IMG/VR virus record: IMGVR_UViG_3300030118_003168 | Location: 1 to 64,000 of that record | Source: an uncultured virus (IMG/VR IMGVR_UViG_3300030118_003168) | Lineage: Duplodnaviria > Heunggongvirae > Uroviricota > Caudoviricetes | DNA length: 64,000 bases | Strand: one strand, 5' to 3' | Shown: in pieces, positions 46,376 through 59,300 of the stretch | Layout: the number at the start of each line of letters is the position of its first letter | How positions within the stretch are numbered: position 1 is the first letter of the stretch | Position numbers and translations under genes: made by a program | The notes under the pieces: model-generated | What the model was told of the DNA's origin: nothing | The model's input: the letters and a program-made list of their open reading frames with translations, nothing else | Databases searched by the model: none

Positions 46376-47983
46376 ATGGTAAATAACGAAATATTTTTAG
46401 GAAGCGGAGCAAGCACAACATTTATTCCAGAACAGGATATATTTATTCCTGTTGATGGAACAGGCGGAAGCGCAACATCATTAACAGTAACACCCGATAC
46501 AGCATTTTCGGCTGTTTTTAAATTTGTTCCGAATATTTACATTGGAAGTAATATTGATATTTTTGATGCTTCTAATACTCTTCTTTCAAGTCATACTGTT
46601 GCTTCAAACGCAACAGGAACTATTACTCTTGCAACTGCGGTTGGAACAGGAACTCCTGCTTATGCTTTATTGAGGGCTTATGGTTCTCCTTCGCCTCATC
46701 CTGAAGTAAGTGGCCGACAATGTTTATTGGCTGATAATTTCTTAGGATTGATGGAATCAGTTACATTCCCTAACCTAAGCCAAGAAATTAAACAAATGAA
46801 TCTTGGTCTTGGTGGAACAAGAAACTTCTCTTTCCAGTATAAAGGAATTAGAACTGCTGATAACGGTTCTCTTGCTTTAGTCGCAAATACAGGTTCATGG
46901 CTTTATTACGCTTTTGGGGCTATGGATGCTATTACTTTTGGTAGGAAAACACACCTAACAATTACTTATCCTGCTGATAATGGGCCTCCAACTGGAACTG
47001 CTGATGCAATTTATATTGAAGGAACAAATGCAAATCCGACTGATGGAGTGGCAATAGTTACTGAAACTGGGCCACATTTTTATAGAACAGTAAAAGGCGG
47101 AACAACTCTTGTTCCTCCTGTTGATTTCACTATTTTCCCTGACAGTAATGCAAATAATCAAACTGTGGACTTTGATACTGACGGAAGACCGAAAAACATT
47201 ACTTATACAATTAAAGAACTCAATACTGACCAATTGCCTTCATTCAGTCTTGAACAATCAATGGCTAAAGACCCTGCAAGTTTAACTACAAACGCAAATA
47301 TCGGTGCAAGTCCAAGTCCTCTTGATGAATCAAATAACTTTGTTAGAATAGCAAGAGGTTGTAGAGTCAATTCATTAACAATTGAGGCATCTGAAGGTGA
47401 AGAACTAAAAATGAATATGGATTTAAATGCAAGATTGGTTGATAGTATTAGTGATTTATATGCATCTGCGTCTTTACAAACAAATTATATTTCAAGAGCA
47501 GGTCAAACAGACAATGCTAATTTATTTAATTTCAATGCAGGAACAGCACATGCTTCGCCATTCTTTTTCTCTCAAGGAACATTTAGCGCATTTGGACAAC
47601 AATTCTTGAAAGTTAATTCAGTAAGTATTGCCATTAACAATAACTTATTAGATAAAAGATATATGGGCGGTCATAGAGATATGAAAGAGGGTATTCCTGC
47701 ACAACGCTCATATGAAATTACTTTTGAAGCAGTAGTAACTGATGATTTACTATTCAAAGAAATGCTAAATGAAACAGAAAATACTACGGCTAATCGTGTA
47801 GTTTTTACTTTCACAAAGCCTGACACAAATGAAAGCATTACTTTAGAATTTAAAGATTATTTCCTTGACACGACTGAAATTACTATTCCTGATGATAAAG
47901 GGCCAGTTACTTTTAGTTCTACTATTAAGCCAAGAAACCTACATTCTTGCGTAGTAGTTAGCGATTATGTTCTTTTGGGGTGA
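46376..47983 (+). CDS. Tail tube (major tail) protein
   Basis: GCRVNSLTI, VNSVSIAINNNL and RSYEITFE tube-like motifs; upstream of chaperones and tape measure; no sheath gene seen. Confidence 0.75.
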   Translation: MVNNEIFLGSGASTTFIPEQDIFIPVDGTGGSATSLTVTPDTAFSAVFKFVPNIYIGSNIDIFDASNTLLSSHTVASNATGTITLATAVGTGTPAYALLRAYGSPSPHPEVSGRQCLLADNFLGLMESVTFPNLSQEIKQMNLGLGGTRNFSFQYKGIRTADNGSLALVANTGSWLYYAFGAMDAITFGRKTHLTITYPADNGPPTGTADAIYIEGTNANPTDGVAIVTETGPHFYRTVKGGTTLVPPVDFTIFPDSNANNQTVDFDTDGRPKNITYTIKELNTDQLPSFSLEQSMAKDPASLTTNANIGASPSPLDESNNFVRIARGCRVNSLTIEASEGEELKMNMDLNARLVDSISDLYASASLQTNYISRAGQTDNANLFNFNAGTAHASPFFFSQGTFSAFGQQFLKVNSVSIAINNNLLDKRYMGGHRDMKEGIPAQRSYEITFEAVVTDDLLFKEMLNETENTTANRVVFTFTKPDTNESITLEFKDYFLDTTEITIPDDKGPVTFSSTIKPRNLHSCVVVSDYVLLG

Positions 47984-47988
47984 TTACG

Positions 47989-48120
47989 ATGAGTTATACA
48001 AAAAGTGAAAAGAAAGCATTAGTGCTGAAAAGAAGACTAGAGGCGGAAGCAAGTAAGAAAAAACCGAAAAAGTCAAAGGCTGTTGAAAATACAACCGAAA
48101 GCACAGAATCAGCAGAATAA
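47989..48120 (+). CDS. Small basic protein (43 aa)
   Basis: Hand-translated MSYTKSEKKALVLKRR...; GGTGA RBS. Confidence 0.5.
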   Translation: MSYTKSEKKALVLKRRLEAEASKKKPKKSKAVENTTESTESAE

Positions 48121-48159
48121 TATTCCACCAACACCGTTTGTTTGTTTGTTGGTTAGAAG

Positions 48160-48540
48160 GTGGATAAAATGTTAAATGATAAAAAAGTTGTAACGGATAA
48201 AAGTGTATTATTTGCACTAGCAGAACCTACGCTACATTATGTTAAAGTAGCACCCGAAAGTGATGAATACCTCAAAGTATGGGTTAAAGAACCCACTTGG
48301 CTTGAGGTTGATAAGGCTATGAATAGTCTTATGAAAATAGACCCAAAAACACAAAGCATGGATATTGATTTAAATGCCATGTTTAGATATATGGTTGAAA
48401 ACTTTGTAGAAAAGACTGAACCACATCTCGGTGTTGTTGATATTCTCAGATTAACTCCTTTTGTGGGTAATCAATTAAAAGAAATCCTTCCGAATCCTCT
48501 TGATTCAATGTCGGGGGATGAAGAAAAAAACGAAGAATGA
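48160..48540 (+). CDS. Tail assembly chaperone (lambda gpG-like)
   Basis: Between tail tube and tape measure; ends with slippery A-AAA-AAC at 48525-48531. Confidence 0.75.
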   Translation: MDKMLNDKKVVTDKSVLFALAEPTLHYVKVAPESDEYLKVWVKEPTWLEVDKAMNSLMKIDPKTQSMDIDLNAMFRYMVENFVEKTEPHLGVVDILRLTPFVGNQLKEILPNPLDSMSGDEEKNEE

Positions 48541-48740
48541 AGCGTGTATTAAGGGGAGGTAAAGCCGAACCCAAAGACGCTTCATTAATCGTGGTATATA
48601 CCTTAGCGAAAGCATTATCAATAAGTCCCCTTGAAATATATAAAATGCCAGCCGAATTAGTTATGGATTTGTTAGCCATTCATGGAGCAGTAAAAGAATT
48701 AGAATCAGAAGAAATAGATAAACAAATGAAAAAAAGGTGA
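48537..48740 (+). CDS. Tail assembly chaperone second ORF (gpT-like, -1 frame)
   Basis: In the -1 frame of the upstream slippery site; L.ISPLEIYKMP motif. Confidence 0.7.
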   Translation: MKRVLRGGKAEPKDASLIVVYTLAKALSISPLEIYKMPAELVMDLLAIHGAVKELESEEIDKQMKKR

Positions 48741-48744
48741 TTAA

Positions 48745-51564
48745 ATGTCCGAAATAGCCACTCTAAATGCCTCTATACTTGGCTTAAGTGGAACTATGGA
48801 AAATTTCATCAAATCATTAGGTAAATTTGAAAAATTTGCTGATTCAACTAAAGGAAAAGTAAAAGAATTAACTAAAGTTCATGATGCTTTAGGTTTAAAA
48901 CTTGAAAATAACGAACTTGTTAGTAAAAGAACTGGGAATAGAGTAAACGAATTTGGTCAAGAAGTTACTAAAGTCGGAGACAAAATGCTCGCTTTTAATA
49001 AAAGAAGTTCTATTCTCAATGAAACTATTAAATCACTAAATAAAAGTAATGAAAGATTTAATTTAGGAATGAAATCTTTCAAAGAGTATCAAAAAAGAGG
49101 CGGAAACTTAGCGGAATATTTAGCGGAATTTATTTCTAGTTCAAGAGAAGAAATTACTATTTTTGGTGTTGAAGCGGCTAAAGCCCGTAAAGTCATGTAT
49201 GGGTTTTTACCGCCTGGAATGTTTAGAATGCTGAATAAAGTTTCTTCAACCCTTCAATTATTCGGTGGTCAATATAGAAAATTAGTAACTGATTCAAGTG
49301 CTGCTAAGGAAGAAATAGAACTTTTAACTGAGGCATTAAAGGTTGCTACTGACGAAACAGAAATTAAAGGATTACAAGAAAGATTAGCCGATTTAGAAAC
49401 ACCTGATAATTTATTTAGTAATGTCTTTAAGGGATTTAAAAAAGTAAAGGGTCTTTTAGATAAGCCATTACCTCTTAATTTTGACCAAGATGGAATCAAT
49501 GAAATGGACACATATGCTCAAAAAGCCAAAGCATTGTTCATGAAAAATTTTACTCTTACATTAACTCCTGATAAAAAATTAGAACTAGCAAGAACCAAAG
49601 ACTTAATTAAAACTTTAAGAAAGCCTATTGATTTTAACTTTGATGAAATGAAGAAGGCAAGAGATAAACAAGCCTCTCTTCTCGGTGTGACTGATAAAGA
49701 TGTTAAAAAAACAAAAAAGGCTTATGAAACTATTACTCAAAAAGTTCAAGATATGGAGGCTAATTTAGTTGCAGTAAGTGTTGCTAATCCTGCTATGGCT
49801 AAAAACTTTAGAAAAACTCTTGATAAATTAAAACAAGACCAAGATAAAGCACATCGAGATATGTTAAATGCTGAAACAGATTACGAGATTGAAGTAGAAA
49901 AAGTTGCGGGTAAAGTGCAAGATAAAGACCCTAATATTCAAAGACTTAAAGACTTAGAAAAAGCACTTGCTACTGAAAAAGAATTAGAAGATGAAGGCAG
50001 AAACGGAATAAGAAAAACTTATACAGATTTATACAGAAATTTAGGTGAAATGCAAGAGGCATTTAAAAAAGGAATGGATAATTCTGAAGCAATTTTACAA
50101 ATAGAAACTTCTATTGGTAAAACAGGTTCTTTAATTTCTGACGCAGAACAAACTATGGAGGCTTTAGTATCAAGAGCAGAAATGTTCCCCGATAATCCTG
50201 AATACTTTGATAGTGTAGTTAAACAACAAGAAGTCATAAATGAATTAATGGAAAGACAGGAAAATTTACAAGGGGCTTTAATTTCAAAGCAAGCCGAAGG
50301 AAAGGGATTAGAGAAACTTAAAAAAGAAATAGTAGAAAATGATTTACTAATTGCTCAAAAAGAAGAGTTTATTATGTTAATGGAAGAAGAAGTAAGATAT
50401 AATAAACAAAAAATAAGTGATGCAAAAGAACTCCTTGCGGCTGGAAATTTAAATAAAAAAGCAACAGAAGCAGCATTCAAAGAAATAGAAGAAAGAGAAT
50501 TAAACATTTCAGGTGCATTCACTAATATACAAGATGCCGAAGAATCTATTGATACTGCAAAAGAAAAGAATGTTGAAGCAGAAGAACAAATTGAAATATT
50601 AAAAGATATGAGGGAAAACTCAATAGATAAACTATTAGAAAAACACCCATTCTTTAGCGGCATCAATAAGTTAAGAAAAGGATTAAAAAAGGTATTACCC
50701 GCACTCGGACAAGCATTGAGAATGTTTATGATGGGCTTCTTATATGTAAGCATGGCAATATTGGCTGTATTAGCCCTTGTTAAATTATTTGGCCCAATCA
50801 TAAAAGAAACCATAGCCAGTATAATAACTGTTATTTCTCCTATTATTGGATTTATTATCGGAGCAGCAAGTATGGTATTTGAAGGAATAAAAAGTATATT
50901 TAATGCATTCTTTGGTGATGGGACTTTTGAAGATGCTATTGACGGATTAATTAAAATTGGTTTAGGGCTTCTTGGAATGGCAATAGGATTAATAGGAGTT
51001 GCTTTAGGGGTTTTGGGAACTCTCCTTATTGCGGGTGCTAAGGCTTTATTTTATAGAGTATATGACTTCCTTAAAGGAATGTTAAAAGATACTAAATCAT
51101 TCTTAAAAGGAATGGCTATTATATTGGGTATAGCAGCAACAATTGTTGCTTTAATTATGGGTGCGCCAGTATTATTTGCATTAGCCATAGGCGTTGCAGT
51201 ATTTAAAGGAGTAAAAATCTTAATTGACCCTATTACTAAGATTATTAAGAAAATTAAAAAAGGAATAGATAAACTAAAGAGTTTATTTAGTTTCAAAGCC
51301 AAAGGTGGCCCTGCTAGTGGATTAACAGTTGTAGGAGAAGAAGGCCCAGAATTAGTTAATTTGCCAAGTGGCTCAAGAGTTCATTCAAATAAGGATTCAA
51401 GAAAAATGGTTGCAAATAGCGGAAGAAGTAATGTTAATAATATAAATATAACAATAAATGCTAAAGATACATCAAGAGCAGAAATGGATAGAATAGCAAA
51501 AGAAGTATCAAGAACAATTACAAATAGTATTCAACGACAGAATAATACTAGCAATTTGAGGTGA
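48745..51564 (+). CDS. Tape measure protein
   Basis: 939 aa; coiled coil, hydrophobic helical C-region, VVGEEGPELV motif. Confidence 0.85.
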   Translation: MSEIATLNASILGLSGTMENFIKSLGKFEKFADSTKGKVKELTKVHDALGLKLENNELVSKRTGNRVNEFGQEVTKVGDKMLAFNKRSSILNETIKSLNKSNERFNLGMKSFKEYQKRGGNLAEYLAEFISSSREEITIFGVEAAKARKVMYGFLPPGMFRMLNKVSSTLQLFGGQYRKLVTDSSAAKEEIELLTEALKVATDETEIKGLQERLADLETPDNLFSNVFKGFKKVKGLLDKPLPLNFDQDGINEMDTYAQKAKALFMKNFTLTLTPDKKLELARTKDLIKTLRKPIDFNFDEMKKARDKQASLLGVTDKDVKKTKKAYETITQKVQDMEANLVAVSVANPAMAKNFRKTLDKLKQDQDKAHRDMLNAETDYEIEVEKVAGKVQDKDPNIQRLKDLEKALATEKELEDEGRNGIRKTYTDLYRNLGEMQEAFKKGMDNSEAILQIETSIGKTGSLISDAEQTMEALVSRAEMFPDNPEYFDSVVKQQEVINELMERQENLQGALISKQAEGKGLEKLKKEIVENDLLIAQKEEFIMLMEEEVRYNKQKISDAKELLAAGNLNKKATEAAFKEIEERELNISGAFTNIQDAEESIDTAKEKNVEAEEQIEILKDMRENSIDKLLEKHPFFSGINKLRKGLKKVLPALGQALRMFMMGFLYVSMAILAVLALVKLFGPIIKETIASIITVISPIIGFIIGAASMVFEGIKSIFNAFFGDGTFEDAIDGLIKIGLGLLGMAIGLIGVALGVLGTLLIAGAKALFYRVYDFLKGMLKDTKSFLKGMAIILGIAATIVALIMGAPVLFALAIGVAVFKGVKILIDPITKIIKKIKKGIDKLKSLFSFKAKGGPASGLTVVGEEGPELVNLPSGSRVHSNKDSRKMVANSGRSNVNNINITINAKDTSRAEMDRIAKEVSRTITNSIQRQNNTSNLR

Positions 51565-52187
51565 TAGAGGTGGACGCACAGGAACATAATGTATTTTTGA
51601 AATTACAGGCATTTGATGAATCAGATGGATTATATATTAATACCATTCCTCTTAAAGCGGAATCTGTTGATTTCTCAACAGATAAAACAATACCTGCGTT
51701 TCCTATTCCTTTATCGGGTGCGGTTACTGGTGAAGCCACAACAATTGCTTTAGATTTAGGAATGTCTAATAAAAGTATTAATTTAAGAGGGGTTATTACT
51801 GACCAAACAATTACTAAAAAGCATGGAGATACTACAAGAGTATTAAGTTTTACTGCCCATGAAATAGCACAAATGATTGCATCGGGTGTTGATTCAACAG
51901 GTCTTGCAGAACACCAAGCATTTAATGAATTAGTTATATTGATGCCCTCAACGGTAGATAAAGATTATAACCAAGTAGCATCACGACAAATACCATTTAC
52001 TTATAGAAGTAGAGGAAATTCTTTATTATTGGATAATGCGAGAGTTCCCTTACCTTTAACATTTCCAGACTCTATTACAGACGACGGAGTAAAAGGATTT
52101 ATTCGTTCTTTTGGTTTTACCTTTAGTGGTGAAACAAGGTTTATTGAATTTAATATGGATTTCCAAGTAGCAGTAATTCTTCCTTAA
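51561..52187 (+). CDS. Putative distal tail protein
   Basis: Directly after the tape measure gene; beta-rich. Confidence 0.55.
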   Translation: MIEVDAQEHNVFLKLQAFDESDGLYINTIPLKAESVDFSTDKTIPAFPIPLSGAVTGEATTIALDLGMSNKSINLRGVITDQTITKKHGDTTRVLSFTAHEIAQMIASGVDSTGLAEHQAFNELVILMPSTVDKDYNQVASRQIPFTYRSRGNSLLLDNARVPLPLTFPDSITDDGVKGFIRSFGFTFSGETRFIEFNMDFQVAVILP

Positions 52188-52196
52188 GGTGATATT

Positions 52197-53360
52197 ATGT
52201 ATGATGTATTATTAGGAAAACAAAGAGGACTTGTTTTTCCTATAATGTGTAATGGCGGTGTAGTTATTGATTATCATGATAATGTTCCTTCTTTTAATAG
52301 TGCTGTTGATGATGTTAGCGAAAATATAACTGAAGCACATATTGGTTATGGTTTGTGGGCTAATCAAGGGTCTTTTACTTTAGAAGCAGTTATTACTCCA
52401 TATGACATAAATGGATATGGAAAAATATCAAGTGCTACTCAGCCTACTATTGCTAACAGTAAAAAAATAATGCCTTCTAATGACCATCAATCAACAACTA
52501 CTGATTATCAAAGTGAAAGATATTTACCAGTAGCAAATAGAAATGATTATGAAATGACTTTGTTTAGCAACTATGACTCAACTAATAATCCTACTTTTTG
52601 GTTTGGCTTAGTTAATACTACTTTACATAATGAAAATCAACCAGCACAATATAAATTAAGAGCAGTAATGAAAATAAATAATGTAACTGAAACTTTTGAT
52701 TCTCCTGTTTGTATTAGTCCTACATATTTAAGACGATTTAAATACAACAACGATAATTTACAAACTTTTAATGAAGATGGAATGGGAGGGTATCGCTCTA
52801 TTGGCTCTATTGCGAGCCATACGGCTACGGATTTTACGGCTGACGCTGATGGATTCACGACTACAAATCTGTTCAATGGAGGCCGTTTAGAGGTCTTCTA
52901 TCGTAGCGGATTTTCGTTTGAATCGCTCGGCTTTATCACGGCTAATTCATCAACCACCATCACCATAAACGCCAGTTTTTCAGGAACTTTAGCAAGCGGA
53001 AGTGAGTTATTTATTCGCAGTTATGCAGAACCCGAATACATAAACGACCAATTTCATGTCGCTTGTGTATTTAATTCCACAACAAACTCAATTACTTTCT
53101 TTATTAACGGTAATCAAATTTTTACAAATAAACATACACAAACAACTACTTTTTCTTTTTCTCCTAATGATTGCATGATAGGTCAAGCCTTATCCCATAA
53201 AGGATTTAATACTGCTGATATAAACAAACAATATATGGGAGAAATACATGAAATGAGTATGATGGATATTGCAAGAAAAAACTTTGTAGCAACATTTAAT
53301 TTATTACCAAATTATGAAAATGTTTTGTTTTATTATAGATTTGAGGAGGTAGATTTATAA
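52197..53360 (+). CDS. Tail protein with concanavalin/LamG-like domain
   Basis: FTLEAVITP, FHVACVF, FFING and YMGEIHE motifs. Confidence 0.65.
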   Translation: MYDVLLGKQRGLVFPIMCNGGVVIDYHDNVPSFNSAVDDVSENITEAHIGYGLWANQGSFTLEAVITPYDINGYGKISSATQPTIANSKKIMPSNDHQSTTTDYQSERYLPVANRNDYEMTLFSNYDSTNNPTFWFGLVNTTLHNENQPAQYKLRAVMKINNVTETFDSPVCISPTYLRRFKYNNDNLQTFNEDGMGGYRSIGSIASHTATDFTADADGFTTTNLFNGGRLEVFYRSGFSFESLGFITANSSTTITINASFSGTLASGSELFIRSYAEPEYINDQFHVACVFNSTTNSITFFINGNQIFTNKHTQTTTFSFSPNDCMIGQALSHKGFNTADINKQYMGEIHEMSMMDIARKNFVATFNLLPNYENVLFYYRFEEVDL

Positions 53361-56300
53361 TGGCAATAAGAGTTCTAAATAAAGGAGAACTAACTCCTTC
53401 TTCGGCATCTAATCAAAATACCTCAAATAATCCTATGGTTCATTGTGATAATTTAGTTTCTAGCACAAACCCCTTAGCAGTTATTATTTATCCTGATGAT
53501 ACTACTTCCGAAACAATACAAAGAATTGTTTTAGCAGCAGATATGCTGACAGACTACTCCAATTTAGAAAAAACAGAAGGTAATACATTAAAGGTATATG
53601 ATTCTTTTTCGCAAGAAGGAATTGATTTAAGTTCATTAACTGATATAACAACTCATCATTACTTTGTTATGGTTCATTCTGATAATCATTTATTGCATCA
53701 TTTTGCTAAAATTACAGAAATACATACTACTGACGCTTTTGGTGATAGTATAAAATTTGAACCGAGTTTAGGTAATGAAATAAATCATGGAGTAAAATTC
53801 AAATTATTTAAAGGGCCAGCAGTTAATAGTGATTTCATTTCAATCGGTTTAGGAATAAAGAAGGATTTACAAAATTCACTACAAGTAGCCCGACCTTATT
53901 TTTGGTTTAATAGAGATGTGAATGAATTAGAAAGCAATACTAAACATTTTATTAGAGTTAAAGAAATAACAGTCGGAACATCTTTGAATCTATCAACAAG
54001 CAGTTCTGATACAACATTCTTAGTTTCTCAAAATTATGCTAATGAAATCAAAGACTATGGTAAATTTACTTTAAAAACAAAATTAGTAGATAATTTAAGA
54101 AATTTAGATATTGAAGGCTTTACTCCAATAACATTTACTGGAGATATGCATGCTGTAAATCATCCTGATGAAATAAGAAATATTACTGGCATTAGTTCTG
54201 GAACTATCAATGATTTATTATATAGAGGAATAGTCAGAAACAATGTTCCTGATGGAACTTATGTTACAGAAATTTTAAGTTCTAATTCAATTCGTATTTC
54301 TCAAAATGTTACTGCGGCAGTTTCTACAACCTCCTTTACTGTAAGTCATTCTAATGAAAGCCATGCATTAGCATCAAATGATTTAACAGATTATGAAACT
54401 TCTTTCTTTAATGCAAGAAGAGACGCTGATGATTTGATTTTACCTTCTGCTTCTAATTATACATCAAGAGGTCCGACAAGATATTTACACTATGATTTTT
54501 CAAAAGACAAAGCAAATTATAGTTATAATGTTATTGACTTAAAAATTAATGAATCTATTAAAGGAAAAACTTCTTTTTCTGAAACACAGATTGCAGACAT
54601 GATGAAAATATATCCCAATAAACTAGAATTACACAGTCCTATGAGGGCAAGACAAAGATTAAGTAGAGATAAGTTGAATAAATTTGTTGATACTGGTTTA
54701 AGTGTAGGAGCAAACGGAATGCTTACAGGTAATGATGGTTTGGGCAATCAAATAGTTTCTGTTCATATTGTAAATGTTAATAGTTATTTTACAACAGGAG
54801 AAGAAATAAAAATAGAAGATAGATTATATATAATTTTATCTATAAATTCAGGAACAAATACTATTACCCTATTACAAGCAGATACTACTATTGATGGTTC
54901 ACCTAACACTTATTCTCGACTTGAAACAGAATCATCTTATACAGATATTGGAACACCTACAATTAATGTGGGAGATTCTGTTTTTAGAAGAGCATATAGT
55001 CCTTTTAATAAAACTCTTATTAATAGTTTTGATTTAATTAGCAATAGGCATGAAGACTTATATTTGATTACTACTTCCCAAAATGCTACATATAATTATT
55101 TTAAATGTAGTGCGATAGATGCAAGTAATAATCTACTTACATTTACTGTTAATTTAGATAAATATTTAGAAGAAGGATTACATTTAAATAATGACTACTA
55201 TTTGTATTATGAAAAATTAAATGGAACAATAGAAGTATTAGACTATTATAGAACAGATGGACAAAGCATAATGAGAGTAGAGGGTAGAGATATTATGAGT
55301 AAGATATTGTCTCCCGTTGTAAATAATGATACTTTATTTAGTGAAGACATAATTTATTCTTCTTTTGGAACAATTAATCACTTAGAACAAATAGGTTTTG
55401 TTGAAGCAAGTTTCAATAGTCAAGTTATTAATATAAAAGATACTTCAAATGTTTCTGCTTCAATCACCTTAATTGCAGGAGACAAATTATATGTTCGTAG
55501 TAAATCAAACTTCTTTAAGCCATTAGGCACAGTTTTAACAGGCAATACAGGAAATCAATTTAATTTAGAAAGAGAAAGTAATGTTGAATGTGGCGGAGAC
55601 ACTTTTACAAATGGCGGTGTATTTGAATTATATAAAGCAGTAAAAAATGGTAGTCAGCCCGTTAAGAATTATATATTTAATAAAGCATTATCAAGTAATA
55701 TACTGGTTGATTCAGTTACCTCTTTATCGGGAAGTTCAAACAAAGGATTATATTTTACTTCAGGAGTTTCTTTAAATAATTTAGGTAATGATGATACTCC
55801 TTTAGTTAATACTTCTTCATCAACTGATTCAAGAGCAATAGGTTATCATATAAGTAAAGTTAGCGGTGATATTGACGGTGCAGACTATCAATGTGTTTTA
55901 GGAGATGGGGCATCAACTGAATCACACGAAAATATATTAACAATAAATACTTTGATGGATTTTTCTGTTATATCTGTAAAAGAAAACGATGGCGGGAAAA
56001 TAATAGAAATTGCTCCTTATATTCCAGCAACTCTAGGAAGACTAGAATCTAACTTAGCAAACAACTATGATGCTACAAAAACTTCAATTGGATTTACTTT
56101 AGGAGATGCTTTGATAACAGATTTACAAAATTTTATTAATGTTTCTAGTTCTGATAGTTCATATGTTGCACTTTCAGAATTATTTATCAGAAGAAATGAT
56201 TCTGTATTCATTAATGATAGATTTGTTGGTTTTGCCTTAGAACAGCATTTATCAGAAAATCATTGTTTTATTGTATTAGATAGACAGGTATTTTATGAAA

Positions 56301-59300
56301 CAGGTCAAACTGTTACAATTATTCATAATAGATTTGGTCTTAGTAAAGGAACATTAGGTGATGGCCCAAGTTCTGATAATAAAAATACTCATGAATTAGA
56401 ATTGATAAATGTAGGACACTTACACGGAGGTAAAATTATTTCTAATGTGTTTGATTATGAATCAGTTAATGGATTAAGAACCTTTGATTTTGGTTTAAAA
56501 TATAATGATGGTAGCGAAATAACTTCTTTTGAAAAGTTTGGTAATCCCAGTTATGCGATATATAGTCTTGAAAAAGGAGATAATACTAATTATGCTGCCA
56601 GTTATAAAGTTAATTTTCATAGAGATACTTATGCTAAAGTTAAAAGTAGATTGGTAGATTCATCTAATATTTATAACCATTTACCAATTGAAGGCAGGGG
56701 ATTTTACACCCCTACTTATTCTAATTTTGATGATAAACAAATAGGAGTATCAAGCACCCTTCAAACATACGGTTATCCTTCTACTTTCCCATTTATTATT
56801 GCTAGTGGAAATGTCTTTTCAACAGCCGCAAACGCACAATTAGTCGCAGGTAAATTCAATACAAATACTTCTCAAAATATACAGATTAGGAAAAAATCGG
56901 TTGATAGAATGTTTTTATTTGTTAATTCAGATGAGAACCCTTACCATGAAAATAGATTAGACAGTTTGTGTAATCCTTTAAGAACCAGAAATATTTCTGA
57001 TTATGGAATAGTTGGTTTATTGCCTCTCAAGAATACAAATACTCAAGATGACAATAATCAAGATATAAACACCCAAAGACACACTAATGTAGATGAAGAA
57101 TATTCTTTTTCTAATATTGTTTCTTCTGATAAAAGCATAAATTCTTTAATGAATGTAGGTATTATGAGATTAACAGAAGTCGTAGTTGATTGGTCTTTTA
57201 ATCAAATAGACCCCGAAGATATTCAAGATGAAATGATTACTGATGCGGCAGTAAAAGAAATTTTTACACCAATAACATTAGAAGAAGATGGTGTTGCGAT
57301 TTATGCTCAAGCAGGAAGTTATAATGTAGGTGGCAACCCAAGCAGCATACAATTTTATGATGCTCCTACTGGCGGAAATATTGTCAATTTCGCTTCAACC
57401 CTTGTAGAAGCGGGAGATGCTATAATTGCTGATGGAACAGGATTTTTAATTGGTTTTTGTTTAAACAACAACCCCAATTCATTAATGTCAGATGCTTTGT
57501 TTGCTAATTCAAGTAAAAGTGCATATTACATAGGAGAAGTTAAAAAAATTAAAAAGGCTAATATTGCAGGAAGCGATTTAAAAGGAAGACAAAAAGATAC
57601 TTTCATGGGCTTTGATGATACATTAAGTATGTTAAGAACAGGATATTTCAATAGTCCTGCCCATACTTCTACACAAAAGCAATTAGTTCTTGATAATAAC
57701 TCATTGTTGCCTATTCATGCTCATAGCGGAGGTAGCACACCTGCTGAATCATTAAGTTGGTTTGCTTTACAATTTAATGATAGTAACGGAAATAAAGTCG
57801 GTTTCTTTTTTTGGTTTAATGTAGAAAATTCTGACGGTAATCAAATAGATACTATTCCTGCTGAATACGCTAACAATTTTTCGCCTCATTCCGATGGCAT
57901 AACATATACTTCTGTTGAAATACAATTATCAAACGGATATAGTTCAACCGACTTTCATGCGGCTTTAGCAACGGCTTTTGATTCTGTTAATTTAAGAACA
58001 AATCATGTTTTTGGCGGAAATCAAGCAAATGATTCTGATGCCGCTACTTATGGTGGAACAACGGTTACTCAATTAAGAACAAAAAGAGCCGCACCAAGTA
58101 ATTTTTATCAAACCACTTCCACACTTAATCATCACCCCGATTCTACCGTTACTACGGTAAATGTAGATATTACCGCAGATAATACAGGATGGGGTGGCAA
58201 TCCAAGTGCATATTACAATAAATGGAGTGAGATTCTAGGAGGGCAAATAAATAATTATGTTTCAATACCAAGAAAAGGAGGAACTTATTTACCAGTTTCT
58301 ATTACAACTCAATATACTTCTACTCCTACATTTTATTCAGATATATTAACTAATATTGCAGGCTCTCCTTTATCTACTTCTTTTGCTGATATTTCTACAA
58401 CAGATGTTAATGAGTTAAAATATACTGATTTTATACCAGTAGCACTAAGAGGATTTGTAATAGAAGACTCAAAAGGTAAAAAGAAAATAAATGCTGGCGA
58501 ATCATTTCCTAAAATTAAATCACTATTTAGAAAAAATATTAGCAGTTCTCATACTATATTTGGTTTAACTTCAGAATACTCTACTTGGTTTAATAAATAT
58601 AAATATTATATGGATGCAGGAGTAACAAAAGAAGAAAATGCAGATTTACCAAATGAAGGGAATGGTTTAAAAATAGGATTTAAACCCAGATTAGATGCTT
58701 CTTTAGCGACTCTAATTTCAGGAACTCAAAGAAGTAATTCAGGAAATAGAATATATAATTATTCTTTTAATACTAATAATACTAAATTATCTTGGTTAAG
58801 AGATTTAGACTTAACTGGTTGTTATTTAGTTAGAGTAAGCGGAACTAATATTGATAATAACTATTTTGTAGAAGGCTTTGGTTTCGCCTATGTTATTTCA
58901 CATGAAATAGACCCAAGCGATTCTAATAAAGTAATCTTAACTACTTCAACAAATTTAGGCCCGAATACATATAGAATACTACAACCTAATCATACTTGTT
59001 TTTATGACTTTACTCCGACTCAAATAAATATAGGCCAACTTTCAAGTTCTTATACAAAAAAGCCCAAGATAGATGAATGCTATGAAGATTCTTTGAAAAG
59101 CCATGCACTTGATGATGTAAGCATGGATAATGATAGTATTAACGACCAAGAAGCAATAGGTTCAGTATATGTTTTAATTGACTTAACAGGTGATGTTTCG
59201 TCTGGTGATAAAATAATAAATACTAGCATGAGAAGAGAATTTTTCGATAATTTACCCACTACAATTTGTTTAAGTGACGGAGAAGAAACTTTCAAAACAG

